From contig OZ199839.1 of the NCBI GenBank assembly GCA_964304625.1, positions 7,134,234 to 7,198,233 on the forward strand: DNA of 64,000 nt, given 5' to 3'. The stretch comes from Kudoa neothunni. Lineage: Eukaryota; Animalia; Cnidaria. Position numbers and translations under genes: made by a program. Positions 26,801 to 39,374 of the stretch are shown here, in pieces; within the stretch, counting starts at the first letter, position 1, and every line of letters begins with the position of its first letter. The notes under the pieces are model-generated. The model was given only the letters and a program-made list of their open reading frames with translations, made no database searches and was not told the origin of the DNA.

Positions 26801-27913
26801 ATAAGTCGAATATGAGTAAATTTTCTGATAAGCTCAATCCCTCATATTTGGAGTATATTTTTATTGAAAATCAATTATAATTGCAGCTAAATTAAAAGAC
26901 GAAATTACACATAAATAACATGTGTGCGCGTTGTTATAATACAGAAACAAAAACTCCCACGAGAAGTTGATCCAAAATGTCACATTAATAATTTATTAAT
27001 TTTTAATATTTCTATATGTTTTGAGTGGTAGAGAATGGGGAAATATCGAGTTAAAAGCGTATTGAGCAATTTAAATTTATAACGCCAAAAGTTGACGAAT
27101 CGATTAATATTTTATTCAATATAATTAGCGTGATAATTATGTTGTAGAACTCTCATGAATTATTTGATTGTCTTTGCAAAGCTCATATCAGCCAAGAAGA
27201 AATGGATTTCGCAAAAAGTGTAAATAAGCGTGGCGCGCATTATCCAATTAAGTCGTATTTTTAGTATTTCTCTCAAATAAAAATCGACGAAGAGGAAAAC
27301 CGAATTCCATCCATGCAAAATAATGTCATCAAATTGAAATCACTAAAAAAGTAAACTATGACAACTTCAAAATTAAGTCATATTTAATTTTAAAAAATAT
27401 AGAGAAGATTGTTATGGCACAATATGGCTAGAATTTAAAAGATTTCTCGCTGGATATTCGGAGATTTCGAGCAAACATATGAAAGTAATTTGATTTTTAT
27501 GCGCAAACGCATTCAAAAATTTTGTAATAGCTGCTGAATTTCGTCGAAAATAACTGTGTGGAAGACACGAATTCTAAATCAAATGATGAGATTATTAGTG
27601 CCGACCAACCAACATATCAACTACTTGAAGAATGCGTTTTAGCTTACTCGGAACGTAAGTTAATCTTTTGGTATCACTCGTATTCTATTAGTTAATCTAT
27701 CTAGTACATAAAACCCCTTACGTTTCGTTAACTAAGATCAACGATATAAAAAATGAAATGCTTTCAAAACAACGCTGTTCTGACCGCCTCCTGACACATT
27801 CAACTCAACTACTCCCTAAGGGATTTGGAAATATTTCCTCATTCGATCAAATCCCTGATGGTGTCTATAATTTGTACAATAAAGAAACATTAACTGCTAA
27901 AAAACCTAATTAA
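23892..27913 (+). CDS. INTS13: Integrator complex subunit 13 (Asunder); many small exons, some +1 indels
   Basis: Colinear motifs matching recalled human INTS13: NYWSYLVEATMECIRLAYD (SLWTCSVESSMEYCRIMYD), GSKILSH (GSKVISH), PPSTILGPGGGITDYRI (PPSISEGCGGRVTDYRI), TQYWPLTASATLIFN (TRYWPMIISQTTIFN), EDCYGTIWLEF (DEQYRIMWNEL). Start exon is tentative. Confidence 0.88.
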
Positions 27914-27955
27914 CATGCTATCGTAGCAACTACTATAAAACAGTTCGCAATCATT

Positions 27956-28366
27956 TTAACTGGATTGCTTTTTGGTTGGATATATGAAATCAGGCATTTT
28001 TCTTGGCAAACCCATTAGAGGAGTTATTCCTGGCATAACCCCCAATTTTAATGTTTTATCCAGATAGATGGCACTTTCGGTATAGCACTTCTCAGTTATA
28101 TTCTTCGATGCAATATATCTACTTATGCATCTTTCAACGCATGTATTCTATAATTGAATTAGTAATTTTGTCTCCAACATCAATACATGTGAATTACCTC
28201 ACAAGCGTTGAGCTTTGAGTGATTAAAATCCATTATACAATCATTAAAACAATGTTGACTTCATTTTATTGGATGTGGCGTAGACTTCCTTGATCTAATT
28301 GGGATATAAAAATTTAAAAAATACAGCTACCATTGCATAGAATGCAGCTGCCTCATTTTGGTTCAT
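27956..28366 (-). CDS. TIMM9: Small Tim chaperone, Tim9-like (3 exons, one +1 indel)
   Basis: Spliced product SNKMSQHCFNDCIMDFNHSKLNACE|NTCVERCISRY has the twin CX3C motif; CFxDCxxDF is Tim9-type. Confidence 0.85.
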
Positions 28367-28414
28367 ATCAACAAAATTTGACAAAGAGGAGTGGGGGGAT
28401 TGAGTTGTTAATCA

Positions 28415-28424
28415 GCGCATGCGC
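28415..28424. promoter_or_regulatory. NRF-1/Erect wing-type palindrome GCGCATGCGC
   Basis: Perfect core about 50 nt upstream of the TIMM9 ATG in AT-rich context. Confidence 0.4.
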
Positions 28425-28843
28425 ACCGTGAAGTAAACAACCACGTGTTGGGGCTGAGTAGCGAAAATTTAAAATTTGCGGATGTGCATAATTAGAAGAT
28501 TGAGAACAGAAATATTAGCATGAATGCTTCGAACTTATGCGCACCAAAAAACGAGAATTATAATTAGAATATCATAATTGACATAAAGATATTGAGCTGA
28601 ATGATTTTTATGACATTAAAAATTGACGATGGTAGATTGTTGGGGTCCAATTCTGTCGACTTTAATAACAACTGATCATATTATAAGAAAGTTTATTTAA
28701 ATTTTCTTTTCTAATTATACAATTTTTTATTTCTATGCACGACGGTTTGACGCCTAAAATTTCAATGCGACCAATCTGCAGATCAAGTGAAAATCGCAAT
28801 TTTACAGACCAATAATTGAGGTGCATATATATATATATATATA

Positions 28844-30159
28844 CATGGGGTGATCAAAAAGTATCGAGACTTTTTGAATAAAAAAAATATATACAAATAT
28901 ATAATGAATTTTTTTTAATCTCCTTCGAAATACTCTCCATCTGCATCAATACATTTTTTCCAGCGTTGCTTCCACTGAAGGAAGCATTCTAAAAAATCAT
29001 TTTTATTCAGCGTCTTAAGCTGCTCCGTCGCATTCTGTTTTATTTCCTGAATGGAATGGAATCTCCTTCCTTTAATTTGGAATTTAATTTTTGGGAATAG
29101 AAAAAAGTCACATGGAGCAAGATCTGGCGAGTATGGAGGATGTTGTAGCTGAGGAACGTTCATCTTGATTAAAAAATCTTGAATTTTTAAAGACTTGTGT
29201 GAGGGGACATTATCGTGATGTAGTATCCAACGTCCCGAAGAATGCATATGGGGCCGTTTACGACGAATAGCATCCCGTAAATTCCGCAAAACTCCGAGGT
29301 AATACTCACTTGTAACTGTACAAGCTGCAGGTGCGTATTCATAATAAATTATCTCCTGGATATCAAAAAATACTGTGAGTAACACTTTAATTTTACTCCG
29401 AACTTGGCGGGCCTTCTTTGGTCTGGGCGACGATGGTGTTTTCCAAATGGAAGATTGAACTTTTGTTTCGGGATCATAACCATAAACCCATGTTTCATCA
29501 CCTGTTACAATAAAATTCATCGTCTTTTGATGAGCGCTGAAGTAAATCTTTTGAAGTAATAAGCCGCAATTCTTTTTGCTCGGACGTGAGCACTCGCGGG
29601 ACAAATTTGGCGGCAACTCTTCTCATACAAAGATCATTAGTCAAAATAGCTTGACATGATCCAAAAGATATTCCAATATCATTAGAAATTTCTCTAATGG
29701 TAAGTCTTCGTTCGGAATCGATCATATTCTTAACATCATTAATCTTTTCGTGATTTCTGCTAGTTGAAGGTCGACCAGAACGATCCAAACTATCAATCGA
29801 ATTTCTACCTTTTTTAAATCGTTTATGCCACTCAAACACTCTACTTCTACTCATGGAATTGTCTAAAAATGCTTTTTGAATCATTTCATAAGTCTCGGTA
29901 CTGTTTATTCCCTAGTTTTACACAGAATTTAATACAAATTCTCTGCTGGCGGTTTTCTGACATTCTCGCGAGCTACGTCGGGCCGATTTCGCGATTAAAA
30001 CAACTAGCTGCCATATTTTACTTTATTATCCATTCGTTAAATTATTATTGCAAAAATATGCGAATATATATTTTTTATAACATGCTATTTTTTAAAAAAT
30101 ATATCTTGGTCGTATGAGGAGATATTTAAAAAGTCTCGATGCTTTTTGATCAGCCCATG
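28844..30159 (-). mobile_element. Full-length mariner (DD34D) transposon; transposase 29963-28915 with two frame breaks
   Basis: TIRs CATGGGGTGATCAAAAAGTATCGAGACTTTTT and its near complement, TA on both sides, inserted in a (TA)n tract, 1316 bp; FVPR, IVTGDETW, HDN...YSPDLAPCD with 34-residue spacing. Confidence 0.97.
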
Positions 30160-30989
30160 TAGTATATAGTAGTGCGTAGTACCCTTGCAGTACGCAGTAT
30201 ACATGTTCACGCGTGCATTATGTCAGATGGATAATAATGGCGCGCGGTCGTATTTTCTATTTAAAAATTACATTTTCTTCCTAATATTAATGATAACTCG
30301 TAGATATTCATACAAAGTTGAATGTTAAACAAAAAACAACAAATATTGAATATGTACACTAAAATTACTCGAAAATATGTAGTTTTTTTTAATAGTCAGC
30401 TGTTTTTATCATTCTTTTACGAACCGTGTCTTATTTTACGTGCGGAGATGTTCAATTTTGTTTTATTTTCTAACACAGATAAGTTATGAGCAAAAATATT
30501 TTCTCTTAATTTATTTAAATGTCCAACGACTCCATTATTTATTGAGTTAACATATTTACCTTTTGGACCTTTAAATGAAGTAATTTCTTCTATATTAACC
30601 CATCTTCAGTTTGATTTTTTCAGGGATTTACTTCCAATCGAAAGGAGAATGCCTCCAGATCTACAAATTATTAACAAGAATGATTTTTTAAAACAGTTAT
30701 TGATTGTTTCTTCGCTCATTAATTTCCACATTTCTTTCATCATGTGCGTACATATCATCAAGTAAATCCGGCGGATCATTATTTAAATTGTTATCAAAAA
30801 TACTAATGGAATTAACAGCAACTGTATTTATCAAATAATTCCTTGATCTGATTGTTGCAACAGGCTGGTTGTTTTTTGTGGGGTAAAACACAGTTGAATA
30901 GTGGAAAAATTTAGCGTGGGATGAGCTGGGAAATTTTTACTAAATCATATGATTTTTCTCTTACACTGAGAAGTTTCAGCTTTTATACC

Positions 30990-31760
30990 ATCAGATATTT
31001 TGAAAAAATAAAGTCTTATTAGTTTAATAGGGAAATGGGAGGTCTTTTATTTTACGCAAACATCAAGGTTTTTCATGATTGCGAATTATTAATAAGAGTC
31101 TTTTTTCTGGCATTGAGTAGATCGCAACAATTGTTACTTTCTCTTTGGATTTGTTTAGAACCGCGCAAGTTTTCCTCCACTTCAAATGCATAGCCATACA
31201 TTAGATTTCACACAGAGATGTAAATTTAAATGATATTTTACCTTTTTTGCTTGTGAAATAGTTCAGTTTAATCCAAATAAAAAATATCCTTTGGATCATA
31301 ATTTCCGATCAACTTTACAGTTGATCTTTCCAAGAGGAAATTATTTCAGGGACAGCATTCCTGGATTCGCCTATTAATTTGTTATTTTCAACCCAACTTT
31401 CGAAGAAAATCCTTAAAACCAACCTTAGAATCTAAAATGCGGAGATTATTTTGTCTTAAGGTTTCCTTGTTGTGATATAGGTCCTCGCTGTTACAATCTT
31501 CCAGAATACTGATTTTTAATATTATGCTTTTTGAGGAAGATTTCGATTATAATTCAAATTTCTCAATGGTTTTAGCTTTTGAGCCACTGAATCTTTTCAC
31601 ATCGTCATAATAGTTTATTATTCTAACCTTAACATCTAACTATCGATACTTTCTCAGATTTCTTAACTGCGTACTAACCATGTCGTTGGATTTAATTGGG
31701 GGATTTTTAGTGCGCAGTAAGCATGCAGCCAAATTTTCTCTGCCTCTGAGTCATATTTTC
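30990..31760 (-). mobile_element. Decayed Tigger/pogo transposase
   Basis: Minus-strand fragments GESRNAVPEIISSWKDQL, NYDPKDIFYLD*TELF, SKEKVTIV, LLIIRNHEKP*CLRKIKDLPFPY match the Tigger DDE N-terminal pattern; many stops. Boundaries approximate. Confidence 0.7.
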
Positions 31761-32116
31761 AAAAATAATACCTCTTGATTAAACATGTTTAAGTGTTTGT
31801 TACTATAAATACCAACATTGTGAATATTTATCTTGTTTCCCTCGACTTTTCCTTGGATTGATTAATTTTATAATTTCATAGTTTAGTTATATAACCTAAA
31901 AACTATGTATTACAAAATCTAACGAAATATCTAAATGATTTACAAAAGAATATTAAATATATTACATCGGTTTTATGACAATATTCTATTTGATAATTAA
32001 CGTATTTAAATGGATAACTCTGACTCATATTAATGTTAGGCATATTTTTATCTAGATAAATTACATTATTGCTCAGTAATTGCAAAAATACAACGAAAAA
32101 TATAAAATTTAATATA

Positions 32117-32145
<29 letters not shown>

Positions 32146-32147
<2 letters not shown>

Positions 32148-32429
32148 GTACAATCTCTTAGCTCGTATAAATCGGAGTTCGACCAAAAATTTTGATTCAA
32201 AAACACATTTGAGTTCGAACACATCTAGAAAGGGTAGTCAGAACAAATCCAGTTGGAGCAAAAAATATCATCCTATGTTTTCTTTTTCTTTTTTATATTT
32301 TATAAAAACAAAGTATGCATGTTATTTCGTAAATATGAATAAAAATAGTCATTTGATGCGCGGTAAAAAATTATTCGGAGTTCGAACGTACTTCTAGAAC
32401 GATTATGGTCGACTTCCAAAGTTGTACTG
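32146..32429. mobile_element. pogo/Tigger-type MITE, copy 2
   Basis: TA-CAGTACAA ... TTGTACTG-TA, inserted at a (TA)n tract; homologous to 11569-11971. Confidence 0.75.
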
Positions 32430-32626
32430 TATTTTGAAATTTATTTATTAAAATAGTAATATAAGGGAATTAAAAATTATAACGATTAATTATTAAATTG
32501 AATTAAGTTTAAAATGTTTTTAATATTTGTTAATGAATTCATTGTTTTTGAATAAGGGGGCGAAAAAAATTTCGAGAAACAATGAGTAAAAATAATAGTA
32601 CAAAATAAATTACAGCACAAAAACTA

Positions 32627-34383
32627 TATCCGAGAATTTGTTGCTCTAAATTGCACAAAATCACTTTCAATTTTATACAAAAAAGTATTGATACCATTGG
32701 AATAATATAGTACAAATCACTGGGGTTGTTTTTTGTGAATTGAGTAAGTTTATTGAGTAGAAAACAGGAACTTATTCAAGAATTTATATCATCGTCTTCA
32801 CACATTCACATATCTTACCTTATATCGGGAGAATTAGTCTCGCTGAGTGTGAAACATGCTTCCACAATAGCCAAACTAACTTGCATAAGAAATTTTTTCC
32901 CGTAAAACAGTAGTTTATCCCAGATTAACAGACATATTTCTTCTGGAAAAGTTCTAAAATAACATGAATATTTCAAAGGAGATATTGCACTTTTCCAATA
33001 CCTTACAAATAAACATGAGAACCACTCCAAACAAAATATGCATGGTGACAAATCCGCATCTTTCTAAAAACAACTATCAACTTTATAAACACATAGACGA
33101 CATTAATTAATTAATTTTTTAAATTCGAAAGAATTAATACTATCATTTTATAACTGGTGAACGTTAAACTAATATTTATTTCTGAAGGATGGGAAATAAA
33201 ACAAAAAAAATACAAACATCTTAGAATGGGACGGTAAGTACGACTTGAGAAGGTTTTCAAACTTTTCACAATCTTCCAACACTCCGTTCTTAAGAAATAT
33301 TCAATTTAAGCCACACGCTATAGGATCACAACAACGTACAAATCCTGGGGTATAATAATCCACGAAGTATCTTTGAATAATAATGTCCAATGCCATAAAT
33401 GATTTCTAAAACAAATATATTCAATCAACTGTCTATAATATAGAGTATCTAACTTGTGGCAACTATCAGCCTACAAGTTCATGGTTGTAACTTTATTAAC
33501 AATAAATAAATTGTTTGTTGGATCAATAAAAGTATTAAAATCAAAAAAGCATTTAGGTTGTTATTGTTTACAACAAAAAATTTATTAGGTTATCATTTCG
33601 AATCACAGAAAATAAACTAGCACGTTTAAATCAATCACTAAAAATTACCTCAGGATTAAACACAGTCAACAGAAAAGACACCACTGGAGCCATTGACTGA
33701 CAAAATCCAACCGTCTCATCATGGATTGAATAGGCCTTTAACACATTGTAAAGATTATCGAAACTATGGTAAATATAATAATATCACTAATAGACCAATA
33801 AAAATGTTACTTTTCTTCTTTTTTGGTAAATGAAGCACAATTTGGGAGGGATCTATTTATGTCCTTCCTTATTTCACTTTCGTATTTTGATTTGGTACCG
33901 TTAATAAGATTCTACATGGGGCATCAACAAGTAAAATAATTATTGGATCGATTACCTCGAAATATTTGGGTGAATCTAGTGGTTTTTGAACGGTGTCCAT
34001 TTTGAGAAATTTAGCCCACAGTAGAGGTCTTAAAATAGGTGGAATTCCTTGGGATAAACAATGCTTGAACTTACATATCATATAATTAAATGAACTACTC
34101 AACCGACTTCATTCAAACTACTTTTACATAGAGTAGACTTCCTTCATTAACCCAATCATCGTAGTGGTTATAGATAACCAACCATGTTTTGACTCGATCT
34201 TTATTGTAAGATTTTTCTCTAGGCAACAAAACTAATTTTAGATAGTGTTTTTTGATGTAGCCATTGTTCATCGATTCAAATTACAGTTGTCTGATAACAT
34301 AATTGGTTTGAATATTTTTTCTGATATTCATTTGATGGAATTAGACTGCGGTTGTTCTCCCCAATAGCGCAGATCACGGGCAT
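32627..34383 (-). CDS. TBC-domain Rab GAP, TBC1D10/EPI64-like
   Basis: GIPPILRPLLW; IRKDINRSLP (IxxDxxR); VLKAYSIHDETVGFCQSM (Gln finger); EWFSCLFVR|TFPEEICLLIWD. Both ends approximate. Confidence 0.88.
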
Positions 34384-34962
34384 AATATATTAGGTGATCC
34401 TTAGCCTGCGCACGTTGCTTTGTGCTACTTAGGCGCATATGGGATAGAAAAGTTCATCTGATTTAACTTTTAAGTCGATACATCTCGTCAAACTAATTTA
34501 AATGATCCCACTTGCATTGCTGATCGAAAAACTAATGCTGAGCTCAATATTTTTTATTGTTAACTAGATAATTTTCATATGTCACCGACTTTTACGGTTC
34601 GTGACGTGAGGTCATCCCTTTAACATTGAATGTATAATCTTAATGTTTGACCTATGAGATTAACAATATTAATATCAGTTTAATATATTGTTGCATACAA
34701 GCTATTATGGTTTACGTTGGTTTCTAATTGCTCGCGTCTGGATGGAAAAAATAATTTTTAGTTATCATAGATTCAAACATAGAATTGACATTTATCTGGT
34801 TTTTATATTTTACTTCTTTTTTGGTAGATGATATTAACGATTTAGAAAGTCAATTAGGAACCAAAACCGAATTTCTTAACCAAATAAATCTGACTTTTAA
34901 ACTCAAAGTTTTATCCATTCTCTCTTAATTATTAATTAATTAATAAATTAATTAATTAATGT

Positions 34963-34987
34963 TGATTGATTGATTGATTGATTGATT
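34963..34987. repeat. (TTGA)n microsatellite
   Basis: About 6 tandem TTGA units next to an AT-rich TTAA tract. Confidence 0.8.
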
Positions 34988-35555
34988 TGATTTATAATGA
35001 GGGTTTATATTTTAAGACTAACACACATTTATCATACATTTTGAAATCTTGTCGTAAATGTCTGTCTAAAGTTCTAGTTTTCCATAATCACTAAGGAATT
35101 TGCATTTGCTTTATACTCATAAAAACATTTTTTTATAATGGTCTATAACAGCGATTTTTAAAGAAGTAGTAAACACAAGATCAAACGCTATTTTCCGACT
35201 GTTATCATATTACCTAACACTTCCGACCCAAATTAGTCTTGCACGTTCTATGAATTATTCAGTGTACTTCATTATTAATTTGGAGGGCTAATATAAAATA
35301 TATATAAAAATTAAGTACAGAACTGGAGAAAAATTTTGTTATTTCTGCAAGGTAAATTTTATCATAAATTATTGTTATATGTAATGATTAAAAATTTGTT
35401 TGAAATATATCACACCTACAGGTTCTGCAGATCTCTTATTTGACAAGAAATGTTATAAAAGCCTTAATTAAAAAATCTGCCAACTTACGACATGCATAAA
35501 CGTAACGCACTGTTCCTCCAATAAAATATTACGCGTGCGTATGTCGACGTAGAAT

Positions 35556-37874
35556 CAGGGCTGCCAGAGCTTGGGGTTTCTATGGTAACCTTGGGTTCTA
35601 GGGGGTTTTTTCATTTTTCACAAATTCTTAGGTTTTTATTGAAAACCCGTAAACATTAAATATTAACACAATTTGGTAATAAGGTAGGATGTGGTACCTA
35701 AAAAACACCCTTCTGTGCATCGGTTTTTTCGTCGATTCTATCACGAATGTTCATAATAAAATAAAAGAATATCGAGAGAAAGTATTCAGCTAATTATGAT
35801 AACATCTAATGTTGGCACAAAATCCCGAATACAACACCGTCGGCACACGTAAAATCTTCTTTCAGTTTCCGATAACCAATGAAAACCCACTTTATTGTGC
35901 ATACATCAACTTCTACATTTACTATACGCCTTAATAGCATTTTTGGGAAGAAATATTCGATTTAAACAACGAAATATAAAATATTTAAGTGAGTAGTTTA
36001 TCAAATTTCTCGCGCGTTAGAGAAAATGAATTCATTGAGTTTTATTAACGATAACGATTTTTTATTGATTAATTATCTCATTAAATTGTCTAATATACTT
36101 GTAGAGAAATAATATCTGCTTCCACTTCATTTTAGGTGTAACAATTGTTACAATCTCAATTGTTTTTCCCTCGACAAAAGGAATTTGAACGTTCAAAGGC
36201 CAATACCTAAAATTAAATCGCATGAAAGGAATGATATGGATTATTCGTTTAGTTATCATTTTAAAAAGTAATTATTTTATATCTAAATACTAGTCTCGTA
36301 ATTCGAAGATGTAAAACTAAGGTATCTCCTCGGAGTGAAACTTTCTTTTCAGGGTTGAATTTGTTTCGCCCCTCCCCAAACATAACGGAGAAGAAAATAT
36401 TAATTTAATCACAAAAACAGCGGGCGTACGGTTAAAAAAATAAGAAATACTTACGCTTCTAATTTTCTTCTGCGAAGCCATCTGGTGGCAAAGGGTATGT
36501 TAATGAGATTGATTAGACGCTTCTTCACGGGAAGCGAAAAAATAATCGAGGCCGATATTTAAAGGGAGATTTTCGGAAGACAGCCAAATTCAAAAAATTT
36601 AATGAAGAATTTATGCTAAATTTTATATAATATAATGTTAAACCAACCGGTAAAATAGTAAAACACCATAGAAATGTAAAAAAAACAACTTTATTTATAA
36701 ATTTCCCTCGAAAATTAAGTACATTATAGCATCAAAGACTTAAAATATAATCTTTAGTTTTATAAAAACGAAAAAAGATTGAACATCCAATTAAAAGACT
36801 GTAGATATCTTAAAAATGAAGTAAAATGTGCAAAATATGTTTAATACTATATTACTAAATTTTTGTTTACGTTTCTTCTTTTATTTTATATAATTAACTT
36901 TCGTTAAGAATGATTCTTTAAAAATTAATTGTGTTTTTGCTACAAATATTTCATAATAAAAGTTTTATGATAAAATGATTATAACTTTTTTTATAACTCG
37001 AATAAATTAACCAAAAAAATATATAAACTACAAAAAGTGGTAATTTATTGTAATTTTATTTTAAAAGGTTCATAACCGGTATACCGAAAACGATAGAGAA
37101 AATAATTTATAATAAGATGTGTAAGGTTTAATTAAACGCCTGAGTTGTATAATTTTGGAACGGCCCATTCCAACAAAAGTTATTAAGGCGTATAGTAAAT
37201 GTAGAAGTTAATGTATGCACAATAAAGTGGGTTTTCATTGGTTATCGGAAACTGAAAGAAGATTTTACGTGTGCCGACGGTGTTGTATTCGGGATTTTGT
37301 GCCAACATTAGATGTTATCATAATTAGCTGAATACTTTCTCTCGATATTCTTTTATTTTATTATGAACATTCGTGATAGAATCGACGAAAAAACCGATGC
37401 ACAGAAGGGTGTTTTGTAGGTACCACATCCTACCCTATTACCCATAATTTTTTATTTGCAGCATTAATATTTATATTTTTAATGACGTATCCTATTCAGA
37501 TTATATCATGCAGGGTTTAAACATTTACGATATTGAATAGCATCTCATAAGATTGCTTAACGTGACACGATTGCACAATAAACATTGTCACACATTATTA
37601 GAAACTTTGAACGTTATTTCAAATATGCCTTAGATTATGATTTAATTAATTGTATGTATATTGATCTATACTAGACGTTAAGCATGAGAGAGTGTTCGTG
37701 CCAAAAAATTGCAATAATACTATGGTACATTTAAATTTAATATCTGAAGACGAAATTATTGGATTGGGAGAAGGTTGAAATTTTTAATAGGTACGATTTT
37801 ATTTTCCTATTGTATTTCGAACTAGCGGTTTTCCCGTCCATCCTTGTTTTTTTAAAACCCCGCTGGCAGCCCTG
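35556..37874. mobile_element. Non-autonomous hAT element, family A copy 1
   Basis: TIR CAGGGCTGCCAG / CTGGCAGCCCTG; perfect 8-bp TSD CGTAGAAT. Confidence 0.9.
35675..37442. mobile_element. Nested element with about 265-bp near-perfect TIRs (Merlin-like: GG start, 8-bp TSD)
   Basis: 35675-35938 is the near-exact reverse complement of about 37181-37442; TSD CACAATTT/CATAATTT. Confidence 0.85.
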
Positions 37875-38871
37875 CGTAGAATATAGCCCTACCCCACGAA
37901 AAATGTCTTAATAAATTTTAAACAAGATGGTTACATTCGGCAATATTTTTCAATTAACCTAACCTTTGTTGAGGCAAGCGTTGACTGTCGAGACCTCTAG
38001 GCAAATCTTTTCAGTCCTAGATCAAAAAATCCGCGTCTTTGGGCTATAAACATTTTAGAATAATTATAAAAAATTTAAACCTGTATTTGAAAAAAGAAAA
38101 ATTTGGTTTATTATGAAATAAAACAAAATTTTTAATGTTCATATATTTACAGATATTCTAATTATAATAGTTTTATTTCTAAATATTAATTTTAGTTATG
38201 ATTACAAATAAATTAAATTTAAACATTCTATGTGATTAAAAATAACGGCAAAAATCCCATAAGATACCTTCCGTAGATTAACGATAACTAAACCGATTAT
38301 TATATTACGATTTACTTATTTTTCTAACATATTAAATTTGTTATGATCTCTAAAAACCAATATTATGATTTTATAATTATATCTATGATCATTTTGAGGA
38401 TAAAACACAATTGAATGTAAAATGTCTGAATCAGAAATATTTTGACAACGAAGATTGTGTTATACAGTAGTTTATTGTTTTTTTCTCAATTATGAAAACA
38501 ATTCGATTCACGTTTTAGAAAGGCATTTGTTATTTTGCACGATAAAATTTAATTCAAACGACGCACGCGTGATCATAATTTTTAATCACAACAACCCATA
38601 CTCACAAGCTGTATACAGGCTTAATTTTTTAGAATCTACTATATTATGTTATTTTTGATGTGTTGCTGCATTCCTGTGCGTTACGAGTAATTAAATACAG
38701 CAAAACTAGCGACACCTGAATATTATTCATTATGAAAATAACCACTTTCTTGAATTCTATCAATGCTATAAGGTTTATAAAAGTGAAATCCAATTATTTA
38801 GATGATAATTAATCGATAATTTATTAAGATATTACGTACAACCCATAATTGCGCATATCTCATAAGTTGGA

Positions 38872-39250
38872 GCGATCTATTATGACATTGATTGCTTCAT
38901 TAAAACGTAAAATTAAATTCGATTTATCTCCCAAAAATTCCTTCATTTTTGCTCAATTAAAAAAACGAGAAGTGATACTTTCCAATTATATGAATCTGTC
39001 AAAGGATTGAAAGACTTTGAAATAATGAAATCACTGTAATAATAAACTCATTTCATTGTTCGAATCAACGCGATTGCATTAGGAATATGAAACAAATTTA
39101 AATCTACGGTTTGGGTGAACAATACACGAAATCGATCGTTGGTTTTAGGCCAGAATTTGCAACATGCAAATATGTATTACGAGTGGGATCGAAAATTATT
39201 GAAGGACGCCCCTGAAAGCTGTGAATTGCGTGGTTACCGATTAATTAACC
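38872..39250 (-). CDS. Candidate small spliced gene, divergent from ZPR1
   Basis: AG/GT-bounded minus-strand segments TRNTYLHVANSGLKPTIDFVYCSPK and ...GDKSNLILRFNEAINVIIDRSNL*; start unresolved. Confidence 0.3.
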
Positions 39251-39374
39251 ATTTCAATAAAAAGTACGATTCTTTTATTGAAAACAACCTTGAAATGTTA
39301 TAGAATAACGTCGCTATTTGTTATTCGATTGATTGTGGATAGTGTAGTTGAATAGATTGTTGATCGCGCGAGAT

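Noticed and set aside
30697-30891. 64-aa Asn-rich ORF
   Set aside because: Lies directly downstream of the decayed Tigger transposase with no independent gene structure.
36477-36489. CTCF-like GCCACCAGATGGC on the minus strand
   Set aside because: Single occurrence inside a TE with no supporting context.
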